Of a stretch of 64,000 nucleotides of DNA, positions 1 to 15,749 are shown one piece after another. This stretch comes from Escherichia coli (lineage in GTDB: Bacteria; Pseudomonadota; Gammaproteobacteria; Enterobacterales; Enterobacteriaceae): assembly GCF_045037415.1 (NCBI RefSeq), contig NZ_CP173438.1. One strand, written 5' to 3'. The notes under the pieces are model-generated. The model searched no databases. It was given only the letters and a program-made list of their open reading frames with translations, and was not told the DNA's origin. The first letter of the stretch is position 1. The number at the start of each line of letters is the position of its first letter. Made by a program: the position numbers and the translations under genes.

Positions 1-3920
<3,920 letters not shown>

Positions 3921-3921
3921 G

Positions 3922-4022
<101 letters not shown>

Positions 4023-4025
4023 TGA

Positions 4026-4370
<345 letters not shown>

Positions 4371-4374
4371 AAAG

Positions 4375-4405
4375 ATCGGATGGCGACGTCGTATCGCCAT
4401 CCGAT
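4375..4405. terminator. Bidirectional hairpin between convergent ygjH and patA
   Basis: 12-bp perfect stem ATCGGATGGCGA / TCGCCATCCGAT with a 7-nt loop. T-runs on both strands. Confidence 0.7.
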
Positions 4406-4411
4406 TTGATA

Positions 4412-5926
<1,515 letters not shown>

Positions 5927-6132
5927 CTAACATTTGCTGTTATTTTGCACGGTTTTTGTCGGGTATGGATTTGATGATTGCTGCGCAAATGCACGCTTTC
6001 AGGGCAATAATTGCCTGATTTTTGGGCAAGATAATTAACGTTTTCGTATAGTAACAGAGTGAAAGTATTTTAAATCAAGGAATTAGATTTGTGCTTTAAT
6101 CGCAAATTGCGATCTAAATCAAATTAATTGGT

Positions 6133-6161
6133 TAAAGATAACCGCAGCGGGGCCGACATAA
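6133..6161 (+). promoter_or_regulatory. Sigma-28 (FliA) type promoter for aer
   Basis: TAAAGATA-N11-GCCGACATAA compared with consensus TAAAGTTT-N11-GCCGATAA, about 50 nt upstream of the aer ATG. Confidence 0.65.
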
Positions 6162-6208
6162 ACTCTGACAAGAAGTTAACAACCATATAACCTGCACAGG
6201 ACGCGAAC

Positions 6209-7729
6209 ATGTCTTCTCATCCGTATGTCACCCAGCAAAATACCCCGCTGGCGGACGACACCACTCTGATGTCCACTACCGATCTGCAAAGCTATATCAC
6301 TCATGCTAATGACACTTTTGTGCAGGTGAGCGGCTATACCTTGCAGGAGTTACAGGGGCAACCGCACAACATGGTGCGTCACCCGGATATGCCAAAAGCG
6401 GCGTTTGCGGATATGTGGTTCACCCTGAAAAAAGGGGAACCCTGGAGCGGCATCGTGAAAAATCGCCGCAAAAATGGCGACCATTATTGGGTGCGGGCCA
6501 ATGCGGTACCGATGGTGCGCGAGGGAAAAATCAGTGGCTATATGTCGATTCGTACCCGGGCGACGGATGAAGAGATCGCGGCGGTGGAGCCGCTGTACAA
6601 AGCGCTGAATGCCGGACGTACCGGTAAGCGTATTCATAAAGGCCTGGTGGTGCGTAAAGGCTGGCTGGGTAAACTGCCTTCATTACCGCTTCGCTGGCGG
6701 GCGCGTGGAGTGATGACCCTGATGTTTATCGTGCTGGCGGCCATGCTCTGGTTTGTTGCTGCCCCGGTGGTGACGTATATCTTCTGTGCATTAGTGATGT
6801 TGTTGGGAAATGCCTGTTTTGAATGGCAAATTGTACGTCCGATAGAAAATGTCGCCAGCCAGGCACTGAAAGTGGCGACCGGAGAACGTAATAGTGTTGA
6901 GCATCTGAAGCGCAGCGATGAGCTGGGGCTGACATTACGCGCGGTAGGGCAGCTTGGCCTGATGTGCCGTTGGCTAATTAATGATGTCTCAAGCCAGGTG
7001 TCCAGTGTCAGAAACGGCAGTGAGACGCTGGCGAAAGGCACCGATGAACTGAACGAACATACCCAGCAGACAGTTGATAACGTTCAGCAAACGGTGGCGA
7101 CCATGAACCAAATGGCGGCGTCGGTGAAACAGAACTCTGCCACGGCGTCGGCTGCCGATAAACTTTCTATCACCGCCAGTAATGCGGCAGTGCAGGGCGG
7201 GGAGGCGATGACTACGGTGATCAAGACAATGGACGATATTGCCGACAGTACCCAGCGCATTGGCACCATTACTTCGCTGATTAACGATATTGCGTTTCAG
7301 ACCAATATTCTGGCCCTGAATGCGGCGGTGGAAGCGGCGCGTGCCGGCGAACAGGGCAAAGGTTTTGCAGTGGTGGCGGGGGAAGTGCGTCATTTAGCCA
7401 GCCGCAGCGCCAATGCTGCCAACGATATTCGCAAGCTGATTGATGCCAGTGCTGATAAGGTGCAATCTGGTTCGCAGCAGGTACACGCCGCCGGACGGAC
7501 GATGGAAGATATTGTGGCGCAGGTAAAAAACGTCACCCAGTTGATAGCTCAGATTAGCCATTCAACGCTGGAACAGGCCGATGGGCTTTCCAGCCTGACC
7601 CGTGCAGTGGATGAGCTTAACCTGATCACCCAGAAAAACGCCGAGTTAGTGGAAGAGAGTGCGCAGGCGTCGGCGATGGTGAAACACCGCGCCAGCCGAC
7701 TGGAAGACGCGGTGACGGTGCTGCATTAA
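6209..7729 (+). CDS. aer: Aerotaxis receptor (PAS-FAD, HAMP, MCP signalling domain)
   Basis: 506-aa [29 protein letters not shown]... with a central hydrophobic hairpin and a C-terminal methyl-accepting signalling domain. Confidence 0.95.
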   Translation: MSSHPYVTQQNTPLADDTTLMSTTDLQSYITHANDTFVQVSGYTLQELQGQPHNMVRHPDMPKAAFADMWFTLKKGEPWSGIVKNRRKNGDHYWVRANAVPMVREGKISGYMSIRTRATDEEIAAVEPLYKALNAGRTGKRIHKGLVVRKGWLGKLPSLPLRWRARGVMTLMFIVLAAMLWFVAAPVVTYIFCALVMLLGNACFEWQIVRPIENVASQALKVATGERNSVEHLKRSDELGLTLRAVGQLGLMCRWLINDVSSQVSSVRNGSETLAKGTDELNEHTQQTVDNVQQTVATMNQMAASVKQNSATASAADKLSITASNAAVQGGEAMTTVIKTMDDIADSTQRIGTITSLINDIAFQTNILALNAAVEAARAGEQGKGFAVVAGEVRHLASRSANAANDIRKLIDASADKVQSGSQQVHAAGRTMEDIVAQVKNVTQLIAQISHSTLEQADGLSSLTRAVDELNLITQKNAELVEESAQASAMVKHRASRLEDAVTVLH

Positions 7730-7734
7730 TCGGT

Positions 7735-7830
7735 ATGCCGGATCCGGCGGTTGGAGCACAATGCCTGATGCGATGCTGGCGCATCTTATCAGGCCTACGG
7801 GGTGTGTAGGGTACGCCGCATCCGGCAATC
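7735..7830. repeat. REP/BIME cluster
   Basis: Typical REP units GCCTGATGCGATGCTGGCGCATCTTATCAGGCCTAC and GTAGGGTACGCCGCATCCGGCA between convergent aer and yqjI. Confidence 0.8.
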
Positions 7831-7835
7831 GGTGA

Positions 7836-8459
7836 TTAATCCAGTTGGGTAATATCAAAAGCGGCGCGGTCGATCACCGCAATGATCTTTTTTATTTGTG
7901 CATCAGTGATATCGCTCTGGTTGACGCATAAATCCAGCACCGCTTTAAAATTATCCAGCGCCCGCTTCATTTGCGGGTTCTGGCGCAGCGCAGCGCCAAC
8001 GCAACGCGCTTTGATGCGTTCTTCAATCATCTCTACCTGTTCGCGGTTTTCTTCCAGCCACTGCGCGCCTTGTTCGGTCAGCGCAATCTGCTTCTTACCA
8101 CCTTCCTCTTCGCGGATGGTAATCAGCGACTGCTCCTGCAGAAAATCCAGCGTCGGGTAGATGACGCCCGGGCTTGGGGTGTAATTCCCCTGGGTCAGAT
8201 TTTCAATCGCTTTAATCAACTCGTAACCGTGGCTGTCATCGCGCGAGAGAATATCCAGAATCACCAGACGCAATTCACCGTGACCAAAGAAACGTTGCCG
8301 ACGACCGCCGCCGCGACCGTGGCGACCACCGCAGCATTGACCGTGTTCATGCTGGTGACCGTGTCCGCAGTGCTCGTGTTCTGACTTCTCACCTTTGCAG
8401 CAGCCCTCATGGCGTGGCTGGCCTTCATGTTTACAACACCCTTCGTGATGATGGCTCAT
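7836..8459 (-). CDS. yqjI: PadR-family Ni/Fe-responsive repressor with a His/Cys-rich N-terminal tail
   Basis: 207-aa ORF MSHHHEGCCKHEGQPRHEGCCKGEKSEHEHCGHGHQHEHGQCC..., divergent from yqjH. Confidence 0.9.
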   Translation of the reverse strand: MSHHHEGCCKHEGQPRHEGCCKGEKSEHEHCGHGHQHEHGQCCGGRHGRGGGRRQRFFGHGELRLVILDILSRDDSHGYELIKAIENLTQGNYTPSPGVIYPTLDFLQEQSLITIREEEGGKKQIALTEQGAQWLEENREQVEMIEERIKARCVGAALRQNPQMKRALDNFKAVLDLCVNQSDITDAQIKKIIAVIDRAAFDITQLD

Positions 8460-8479
8460 ATCAGCCTCCTTTTGCTTAA

Positions 8480-8493
8480 TTAGATATATCTAA
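8480..8493. promoter_or_regulatory. Palindrome TTAGATATATCTAA, candidate YqjI operator (yqjI side)
   Basis: Perfect 14-bp palindrome about 20 nt upstream of the yqjI ATG. A near-identical copy lies at 8710-8723. Confidence 0.6.
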
Positions 8494-8559
8494 TTTATAT
8501 CTGATATGAGCATTACTGCAAGTACAAAAATGATTTTTAAACGCAGGTTTACTCAACAT

Positions 8560-8640
8560 GTAGGCCGGATAAGGCGTTCACGCCGCATCCGGCATTGAGC
8601 AATGATGCTTGATAAGAGGTTGCGCGTCTTATCAGACTAC
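8560..8640. repeat. REP element pair inside the yqjI-yqjH regulatory spacer
   Basis: GTAGGCCGGATAAGGCGTTCACGCCGCATCCGGCA ... GCGCGTCTTATCAGACTAC, REP consensus-like. Confidence 0.75.
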
Positions 8641-8671
8641 AGATATATCAGTGCTACAAATCACTTGCATT

Positions 8672-8696
8672 TATCATGATTAACAATCATTATCAT
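8672..8696. promoter_or_regulatory. Fur box upstream of yqjH
   Basis: TATCATGATTAACAATCATTATCAT closely resembles GATAATGATAATCATTATC, about 55 nt upstream of the yqjH ATG. Confidence 0.7.
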
Positions 8697-8709
8697 TTGT
8701 GGAATTTAT

Positions 8710-8723
8710 TTAGATATATCTGA
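8710..8723. promoter_or_regulatory. TTAGATATATCTGA, second candidate YqjI operator (yqjH side)
   Basis: 13 of 14 identical to the 8480-8493 palindrome, about 25 nt upstream of the yqjH ATG. Confidence 0.6.
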
Positions 8724-8746
8724 TTACCATCACGAAGGCGATAACA

Positions 8747-9511
8747 ATGAATAACACCCCCCGCTACCCACAGCGCGTTCGCAATGATCTGCGCTTCCGT
8801 GAACTGACTGTGCTACGCGTTGAGCGCATCAGCGCCGGTTTTCAGCGCATTGTCCTCGGCGGCGAGGCGCTGGACGGTTTTACATCGCGCGGCTTTGACG
8901 ATCACAGCAAACTCTTCTTTCCTCAACCTGACGCTCACTTTGTGCCGCCAACGGTAACGGAAGAGGGCATCGTCTGGCCGGAAGGATCACGCCCACCGTC
9001 GCGTGACTATACGCCGCTGTATGACGAACTACGCCATGAACTGGCGATTGATTTTTTTATTCACGACGGTGGGGTCGCCAGCGGCTGGGCGATGCAGGCG
9101 AAACCGGGCGATAAACTTACGGTGGCAGGTCCGCGCGGTTCGCTGGTGGTGCCGGAAGATTACGCGTATCAGCTGTATGTCTGCGATGAATCCGGAATGC
9201 CCGCACTGCGCCGCCGCCTGGAAACGTTGAGCAAACTTGCTGTTAAACCGCAAGTTAGTGCGCTGGTTAGCGTGCGGGATAACGCCTGTCAGGATTATCT
9301 CGCGCACCTTGATGGTTTTAATATCGAATGGCTGGCACATGATGAGCAGGCGGTAGATGCGCGTCTGGCGCAGATGCAAATCCCTGCCGATGATTACTTC
9401 ATCTGGATAACCGGCGAAGGCAAAGTCGTTAAGAATTTAAGCCGCCGCTTTGAAACGGAACAGTATGACCCACAGCGGGTACGTGCGGCGGCTTACTGGC
9501 ACGCAAAGTAA
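8747..9511 (+). CDS. yqjH: NADPH-dependent ferric-chelate (siderophore-interacting) reductase
   Basis: 254-aa ORF MNNTPRYPQRVRNDLRFRELTVLRVERIS... with an FAD-binding SIP fold. Fur box and YqjI sites lie upstream. Confidence 0.92.
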   Translation: MNNTPRYPQRVRNDLRFRELTVLRVERISAGFQRIVLGGEALDGFTSRGFDDHSKLFFPQPDAHFVPPTVTEEGIVWPEGSRPPSRDYTPLYDELRHELAIDFFIHDGGVASGWAMQAKPGDKLTVAGPRGSLVVPEDYAYQLYVCDESGMPALRRRLETLSKLAVKPQVSALVSVRDNACQDYLAHLDGFNIEWLAHDEQAVDARLAQMQIPADDYFIWITGEGKVVKNLSRRFETEQYDPQRVRAAAYWHAK

Positions 9512-9528
9512 CGGATATATAAAAAGAA

Positions 9529-9556
9529 AAAGGCTGACGATTTCTCGTCAGCCTTT
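9529..9556. terminator. Bidirectional intrinsic terminator (yqjH / ileX)
   Basis: AAAGGCTGACGA-TTTC-TCGTCAGCCTTT, a 12-bp perfect stem flanked by A-run and T-run. Confidence 0.8.
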
Positions 9557-9564
9557 GCTATGTC

Positions 9565-9640
9565 TGGTGGCCCCTGCTGGACTTGAACCAGCGACCAAGC
9601 GATTATGAGTCGCCTGCTCTAACCACTGAGCTAAGGGGCC
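9565..9640 (-). tRNA. ileX: tRNA-Ile2 (anticodon CAU, lysidine-modified)
   Basis: Revcomp reads GGCCCCTTAGCTCAGTGGTTAGAGCAGGCGACTCATAATCGCTTGGTCGCTGGTTCAAGTCCAGCAGGGGCCACCA. 76 nt, cloverleaf, encoded CCA. Confidence 0.93.
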
Positions 9641-9764
9641 ATGGTAGCGGATTATAAAGTAACTCCGTGTCGCAATCCAGCCATTACCGCGCGCCTGCTG
9701 TTTTTATAAACAATGTATTTTCAATCCGTTATACTTTTCCTGGTGATGTTAGAAAGGAGTAAAT

Positions 9765-10271
9765 ATGGTTGAGGATATTTTGGCTCCAGGGTTACGGGTC
9801 GTGTTTTGCGGTATCAACCCTGGTCTTTCATCCGCCGGGACTGGTTTTCCCTTTGCTCATCCGGCAAATCGCTTCTGGAAGGTGATATATCAGGCCGGGT
9901 TTACCGACCGTCAGTTGAAGCCGCAGGAGGCACAGCATCTGCTGGATTATCGTTGTGGCGTCACCAAACTGGTAGACCGTCCAACGGTGCAAGCCAATGA
10001 AGTTTCAAAGCAGGAGCTACACGCAGGCGGGCGTAAGCTGATTGAAAAAATTGAAGATTATCAGCCGCAGGCGTTGGCGATTCTGGGCAAACAAGCATAT
10101 GAACAGGGATTCAGCCAGCGCGGTGCACAGTGGGGGAAACAAACGCTCACCATTGGTTCGACGCAGATTTGGGTGCTGCCAAATCCCAGCGGTTTAAGTC
10201 GCGTTTCACTGGAGAAACTGGTTGAAGCGTATCGCGAGCTGGACCAGGCGCTGGTGGTGCGTGGGCGATAA
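9765..10271 (+). CDS. mug: G/U mismatch-specific DNA glycosylase
   Basis: 168-aa [28 protein letters not shown]...; SD AAGGAG upstream. Confidence 0.95.
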
Positions 10272-10296
10272 AAACGCCACCGAAAAGGTGGCGTTT
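10272..10296. terminator. Bidirectional terminator between mug and rpoD
   Basis: AAACGCCACC-GAAAA-GGTGGCGTTT, a 10-bp perfect stem directly after the mug stop. Confidence 0.75.
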
Positions 10297-10310
10297 GTGC
10301 GGAGGGACTA

Positions 10311-10345
10311 GTGCCGGGTGCGGCGTAACACCTGATCCGGCCTAC
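10311..10345. repeat. REP element
   Basis: GTGCCGGGTGCGGCGTAACACCTGATCCGGCCTAC, just downstream of the rpoD stop. Confidence 0.7.
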
Positions 10346-10348
10346 CGA

Positions 10349-12190
10349 TTAATCGTCCAGGAAGCTACGCAGCACTTCAGAACGGCTCGGGTGACGCAGT
10401 TTGCGCAGCGCCTTCGCTTCGATCTGACGGATACGTTCGCGGGTAACGTCGAACTGTTTACCCACTTCTTCCAGCGTGTGGTCGGTGTTCATATCGATAC
10501 CGAAACGCATACGCAGAACTTTCGCTTCACGCGCGGTCAGGCCAGCCAGCACGTCGTGCGTTGCCGCACGCAGGCTTTCGGTGGTCGCAGAATCCAGCGG
10601 CAGCTCGAGGGTGGTATCCTCGATGAAATCCCCCAGATGCGAATCTTCATCATCACCGATCGGCGTTTCCATGGAGATTGGCTCTTTGGCGATCTTCAGC
10701 ACTTTGCGGATCTTGTCTTCCGGCATCAGCATGCGTTCAGCCAGTTCTTCCGGCGTTGGTTCACGGCCCATCTCTTGCAGCATCTGGCGAGAAATACGGT
10801 TGAGCTTGTTGATAGTCTCAATCATATGCACCGGAATACGGATGGTGCGCGCCTGATCCGCGATAGAGCGGGTGATCGCCTGACGGATCCACCAGGTAGC
10901 GTAGGTGGAGAACTTGTAACCACGGCGGTATTCGAATTTATCAACCGCTTTCATCAGGCCGATGTTACCTTCCTGAATCAGGTCAAGGAACTGCAAGCCA
11001 CGGTTGGTGTATTTCTTGGCGATAGAAATAACCAGACGTAAGTTCGCTTCAACCATCTCTTTCTTCGCACGGCGGGCTTTCGCTTCACCGATGGACATAC
11101 GACGGTTGATATCTTTAACCTGCTCGATGGTCAGGCCGGTTTCTTCTTCAATCTGCTGCAGTTTCTGCAGGGCGCGATGCACTTCTTCAGAGACATCATG
11201 CAGTTTTTCCGACCACGGCTTGTTCATCGCAATTGCCGCGTTGAACCAGGTATCGCTGGTTTCGTTGCCGGTAAACAGGGTAATGAAGTTTTTCTTCGGC
11301 ATTTTGCACTGCTCAACGCAGAGCTTCATGATCAGACGTTCTTGCGTACGAACGCGGTCCATCATGACGCGCATGCTGTTGACCAGGTAGTCAAACTGCT
11401 TCGGCACCAGGCGGAACTGTTTGAATACTTCAGACAGTTTCAGGATCTCTTCCTGAGCGGCAGCGTGACTGCGGCCTTTCGCTTTGATGGTGTCACGCGT
11501 TACAATGTACTGAGCGCGCAGTTCCGCAAATTTTTCGCGAGCCAGTTCCGGGTCGATGCTGTTGTCATCATCGGCGGTATCGTCGTCACCATCTTCTTCG
11601 TCTTCATCTTCGTCATCGTCCAGATCTTCCTGGGAAAGCTCAGAACCGACGTGAGTGGCGGTAGGTGCCAGATCTTCTTCTGCGTTCGGGTCAACAAAGC
11701 CGGTGATCAGATCGGACAGACGCGCTTCTTCTGCTTCAACACGATCGTACTGTTCCAGCAGATAGGTGATCGCTTCCGGATATTCAGCAACGGAGCATTG
11801 AACCTGGTTGATCCCGTCTTCAATACGCTTAGCGATGTCAATTTCGCCTTCGCGGGTCAACAGTTCAACGGTGCCCATTTCACGCATGTACATGCGTACC
11901 GGGTCAGTCGTGCGCCCGATTTCAGATTCCACGCTGGAAAGCACCTGCGCGGCGGCTTCGGCAGCATCTTCGTCCGCGGTGTTTTCAGCCAGCATCAGAT
12001 CATCGGCATCCGGTGCTTCTTCCATCACCTGAATGCCCATGTCGTTGATCATTTGGATGATGTCTTCGATCTGATCTGAATCGACGATATCTTCCGGCAG
12101 ATGGTCATTGACCTCGGCATAGGTCAGATAGCCTTGCTCCTTACCACGGGTGACAAGAAGTTTCAGCTGTGACTGCGGGTTTTGCTCCAT
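10349..12190 (-). CDS. rpoD: RNA polymerase sigma-70
   Basis: 613-aa [43 protein letters not shown]... with an acidic region and conserved regions 2-4. Confidence 0.99.
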   Translation of the reverse strand: MEQNPQSQLKLLVTRGKEQGYLTYAEVNDHLPEDIVDSDQIEDIIQMINDMGIQVMEEAPDADDLMLAENTADEDAAEAAAQVLSSVESEIGRTTDPVRMYMREMGTVELLTREGEIDIAKRIEDGINQVQCSVAEYPEAITYLLEQYDRVEAEEARLSDLITGFVDPNAEEDLAPTATHVGSELSQEDLDDDEDEDEEDGDDDTADDDNSIDPELAREKFAELRAQYIVTRDTIKAKGRSHAAAQEEILKLSEVFKQFRLVPKQFDYLVNSMRVMMDRVRTQERLIMKLCVEQCKMPKKNFITLFTGNETSDTWFNAAIAMNKPWSEKLHDVSEEVHRALQKLQQIEEETGLTIEQVKDINRRMSIGEAKARRAKKEMVEANLRLVISIAKKYTNRGLQFLDLIQEGNIGLMKAVDKFEYRRGYKFSTYATWWIRQAITRSIADQARTIRIPVHMIETINKLNRISRQMLQEMGREPTPEELAERMLMPEDKIRKVLKIAKEPISMETPIGDDEDSHLGDFIEDTTLELPLDSATTESLRAATHDVLAGLTAREAKVLRMRFGIDMNTDHTLEEVGKQFDVTRERIRQIEAKALRKLRHPSRSEVLRSFLDD

Positions 12191-12384
12191 AAGACGGTAT
12201 CCACACTTATTTCATGAGGTTGGTGTTGGGCGATTGACCCGATGTCCTTCAGCCGTTAACGCTGAAATCCAACGGTTGTTTACCGCCAACGATAATTACG
12301 AGGGCGTACTTATATATTTGCCGCTGCCTCTCAGTGCGGCTGTCGGGGGCTTCCCGATCGCTCTTCGGCACTTAAGCCGTTAAA

Positions 12385-14130
12385 TCACTTTTTCGCCAGC
12401 TCCTGGTTTAATGTCCAGAGCTCCAGGCGTTCTTCGTTGCTTAAACCATGCGTGCGCTCACGAGCGATTAACTCTTCCTGGCGCAGTTCAAGCAGCGAAT
12501 CAAACATATGGTTGAGTGAGTCGGTGAAGGTTTGCTCAGCAATATTCTTATCTGCTATATCGTCCCACATCGACAGTTTTTCAAGGGTGGCAGCATTATT
12601 TGTACCACGATAGTGCTCTAAAAGTTGCCCGGTGGTCAGACCTGGCTGGGAGAGACAAGTGTTGACCAGTTCTCTGAATAAGCCAAGTCCAGGGAGCTTA
12701 TTTTCATCCAGATTCTCAAGCGGCGGGACCAACGTCGCTAATTCTGGATTTTGCACCAGCAACCCTATAAGTATACGCATGGTCGTGCGTTTTAGCTGCG
12801 GAACAGGGCGAGAAACGCCGCTCTCTGCCGCTTTTGGCATTAATCGTTCAAGCTGGCTGTCATCAAGTATGCCTAATTTGTTGCCTAATTCCTGACGAAG
12901 ATATATTCGCAGCGTTTCGCCCGGCACTTGCGATATCAGTGGCAGTGCCAGCGTACTCAAACGTGCGCGCCCGTCAGGGGTACTCAGATCAACTTGCGGC
13001 ATCAGACTGTTAAACAGAAATGCGGAGAGTGGCATCGCCTGCTCCATCCGCGCTTCAAACGCTTCTTTACCTTCTTTTCGTACCAGCGTGTCAGGGTCTT
13101 CGCCATCCGGCAAAAACATAAAGCGTAGCTGACGACCGTCTGTCATGTAAGGCAACGCCGTTTCCAGCGCTCGCCAGGCGGCATCGCGGCCTGCACGGTC
13201 GCCGTCATAACAGCAAATGACATTGTTGGTCGCGCGGAACAACAGTTGTATGTGATCGGCGGTGGTTGACGTACCTAACGACGCAACGGCGTAATTAATG
13301 CCGTATTGCGCCAGCGCCACCACGTCCATATAGCCTTCGACCACAAGCAGACGATTGGGTTCAGCGTTATCCTGCTGCGCTTCATAAAGACCGTAAAGCT
13401 GGCGGCCTTTATGGAAAATGTCCGTTTCCGGCGAGTTCAGGTATTTGGGGGTATCGTTGCCCAGCACGCGTCCGCCAAAACCAATCACCCGACCGCGTTT
13501 ATCACGAATGGGGAACATCACCCGCTCGCGGAAACGATCGTAACTGCGCCCCTGATCGTTAGTGACCAACATGCCCGCATCAATCAATGACTGGCGATTT
13601 TCTGGATTGCCGCCAAACCGCTTCAGGACGTTGTCCCAGCCGGGGGGCGCAAAACCAATCGCAAAGCGAGCGATAACCTCGTGGCTTAATCCGCGTTTTT
13701 CCAGATACTGGCGCGCAGACATGGCAACAGGTTGTTGTAAAGATTGTTGGTAAAACGTATTCAGACCGTCCATCAACTGATAAAGCGTTTGCCTCTGATG
13801 GCGCTCGATCTGGCTGGGGCCGCTGCCTGCTTCAAATGGCACTTCAAGATTGTGCATTGCTGCCAGCTCTTCGACCGTTTCGACGAACTCGAGCTTGTCG
13901 TAGTTCATCAGGAAGTCGATCGCGTTGCCGTGCGCGCCACATCCAAAGCAGTGGTAAAACTGTTTCTCACCGTTAACGGTGAATGACGGGGTTTTCTCGT
14001 TGTGGAATGGACAACACGCGTGGAAATTCTTGCCCTGCTTTTTCAGCTTCACACGGGCATCGATCAGATCGACGATGTCAGTGCGTGCCAGCAGATCATT
14101 AATGAATACGCGTGGGATTCGTCCAGCCAT
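12385..14130 (-). CDS. dnaG: DNA primase
   Basis: 581-aa ORF MAGRIPRVFINDLLARTDIVDLIDARVKLKKQGKNFHACCPFHNEKTPSF...; zinc ribbon, TOPRIM and DnaB-binding domains. Confidence 0.99.
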   Translation of the reverse strand: MAGRIPRVFINDLLARTDIVDLIDARVKLKKQGKNFHACCPFHNEKTPSFTVNGEKQFYHCFGCGAHGNAIDFLMNYDKLEFVETVEELAAMHNLEVPFEAGSGPSQIERHQRQTLYQLMDGLNTFYQQSLQQPVAMSARQYLEKRGLSHEVIARFAIGFAPPGWDNVLKRFGGNPENRQSLIDAGMLVTNDQGRSYDRFRERVMFPIRDKRGRVIGFGGRVLGNDTPKYLNSPETDIFHKGRQLYGLYEAQQDNAEPNRLLVVEGYMDVVALAQYGINYAVASLGTSTTADHIQLLFRATNNVICCYDGDRAGRDAAWRALETALPYMTDGRQLRFMFLPDGEDPDTLVRKEGKEAFEARMEQAMPLSAFLFNSLMPQVDLSTPDGRARLSTLALPLISQVPGETLRIYLRQELGNKLGILDDSQLERLMPKAAESGVSRPVPQLKRTTMRILIGLLVQNPELATLVPPLENLDENKLPGLGLFRELVNTCLSQPGLTTGQLLEHYRGTNNAATLEKLSMWDDIADKNIAEQTFTDSLNHMFDSLLELRQEELIARERTHGLSNEERLELWTLNQELAKK

Positions 14131-14162
14131 AGGCCCCGATTTTTAGCAATTCATAAACGAAA

Positions 14163-14193
14163 ATAAGCCGCGCATTCCTTTCGGAAGCACGGC
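14163..14193 (-). terminator. Internal attenuating terminator (T1) between rpsU and dnaG
   Basis: The minus strand reads GCCGTGCTTCCGAAAGGAATGCGCGGC followed by TTATTTTCG. Position matches the known partial terminator of the macromolecular synthesis operon. Confidence 0.7.
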
Positions 14194-14240
14194 CTTACAA
14201 CTACAACTCGGTCTGATCGGAGAGCAACGCTCTCGGGGAA

Positions 14241-14495
<255 letters not shown>

Positions 14496-14693
14496 TCAAC
14501 GCCAGCTTATTTCAAAATGGTGCGGAATTTTACTGCAATTGCTGCTGCTTTGTAAAGCACCGCGGCCTTTTTTGAAAGGGACTTTTATAAGGGTGAGGAG
14601 TATACACGAGGCTTTCTCCAGGGGCGAACAAAGTTTTACATCAACCCGCATTGGTCCTACACTGCGCGGTAATAAAGCGAGGTAAAACAAGTC

Positions 14694-15707
14694 ATGCGTG
14701 TACTGGGTATTGAAACTTCCTGCGATGAAACCGGCATCGCCATTTACGACGATGAAAAAGGTTTGTTAGCCAACCAATTGTATAGTCAGGTGAAATTGCA
14801 CGCTGACTACGGCGGCGTCGTGCCTGAACTGGCCTCCCGCGATCACGTGCGTAAAACCGTACCGTTGATCCAGGAGGCGCTAAAGGAGTCTGGTTTAACG
14901 GCAAAAGACATTGATGCTGTGGCCTATACCGCAGGCCCAGGATTAGTCGGCGCACTGCTGGTTGGCGCGACCGTGGGGCGTTCTCTGGCGTTTGCCTGGG
15001 ACGTTCCGGCAATCCCGGTACATCATATGGAAGGACATCTGTTAGCGCCGATGCTGGAAGATAACCCACCGGAATTTCCGTTTGTCGCGCTGCTGGTTTC
15101 CGGCGGTCATACGCAGTTAATCAGCGTGACTGGCATTGGTCAGTACGAGCTGCTCGGCGAGTCTATCGATGATGCTGCTGGTGAAGCGTTTGATAAAACC
15201 GCGAAGCTGCTGGGGCTGGATTATCCTGGCGGACCGTTACTGTCTAAAATGGCGGCTCAGGGTACTGCCGGGCGCTTTGTTTTCCCGCGTCCGATGACCG
15301 ACCGTCCGGGGCTGGATTTCAGCTTTTCTGGTCTGAAAACCTTCGCGGCAAATACCATACGTGACAACGGCACTGACGATCAGACGCGTGCCGATATCGC
15401 CCGCGCCTTTGAAGATGCAGTGGTCGATACGTTGATGATTAAGTGTAAGCGAGCACTGGATCAGACGGGCTTTAAGCGACTGGTCATGGCAGGCGGCGTG
15501 AGTGCTAACCGCACGTTGCGGGCGAAACTGGCGGAAATGATGAAAAAACGCCGTGGCGAAGTGTTCTACGCGCGTCCGGAATTTTGTACGGATAACGGTG
15601 CGATGATCGCCTATGCCGGAATGGTGCGGTTTAAAGCAGGCGCGACGGCGGATCTCGGCGTGAGTGTGCGTCCGCGCTGGCCACTGGCAGAGTTACCGGC
15701 CGCGTAA
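14694..15707 (+). CDS. tsaD: tRNA N6-adenosine threonylcarbamoyltransferase (t6A synthesis)
   Basis: 337-aa [35 protein letters not shown]..., Kae1/YgjD family. Confidence 0.98.
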
Positions 15708-15715
15708 AACTATTG

Positions 15716-15741
15716 GGTGCCGGAGAGCAATTTCCGGCACC
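15716..15741. terminator. Bidirectional hairpin between tsaD and ttdT
   Basis: GGTGCCGGA-GAGCAATT-TCCGGCACC, a 9-bp perfect stem. Confidence 0.65.
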
Positions 15742-15749
15742 GTCCTCAC

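Noticed and set aside
11560-11640. GAT/GAA-rich repetitive stretch
   Set aside because: It encodes the acidic [14 protein letters not shown] linker of sigma-70 (region 1.1/non-conserved region). It is not a tandem repeat element or CRISPR.
10295-12079. 248-aa and 300-aa + strand ORFs opposite rpoD
   Set aside because: These are antisense shadows of a highly expressed, codon-biased gene. There are no start signals and the composition is repetitive.
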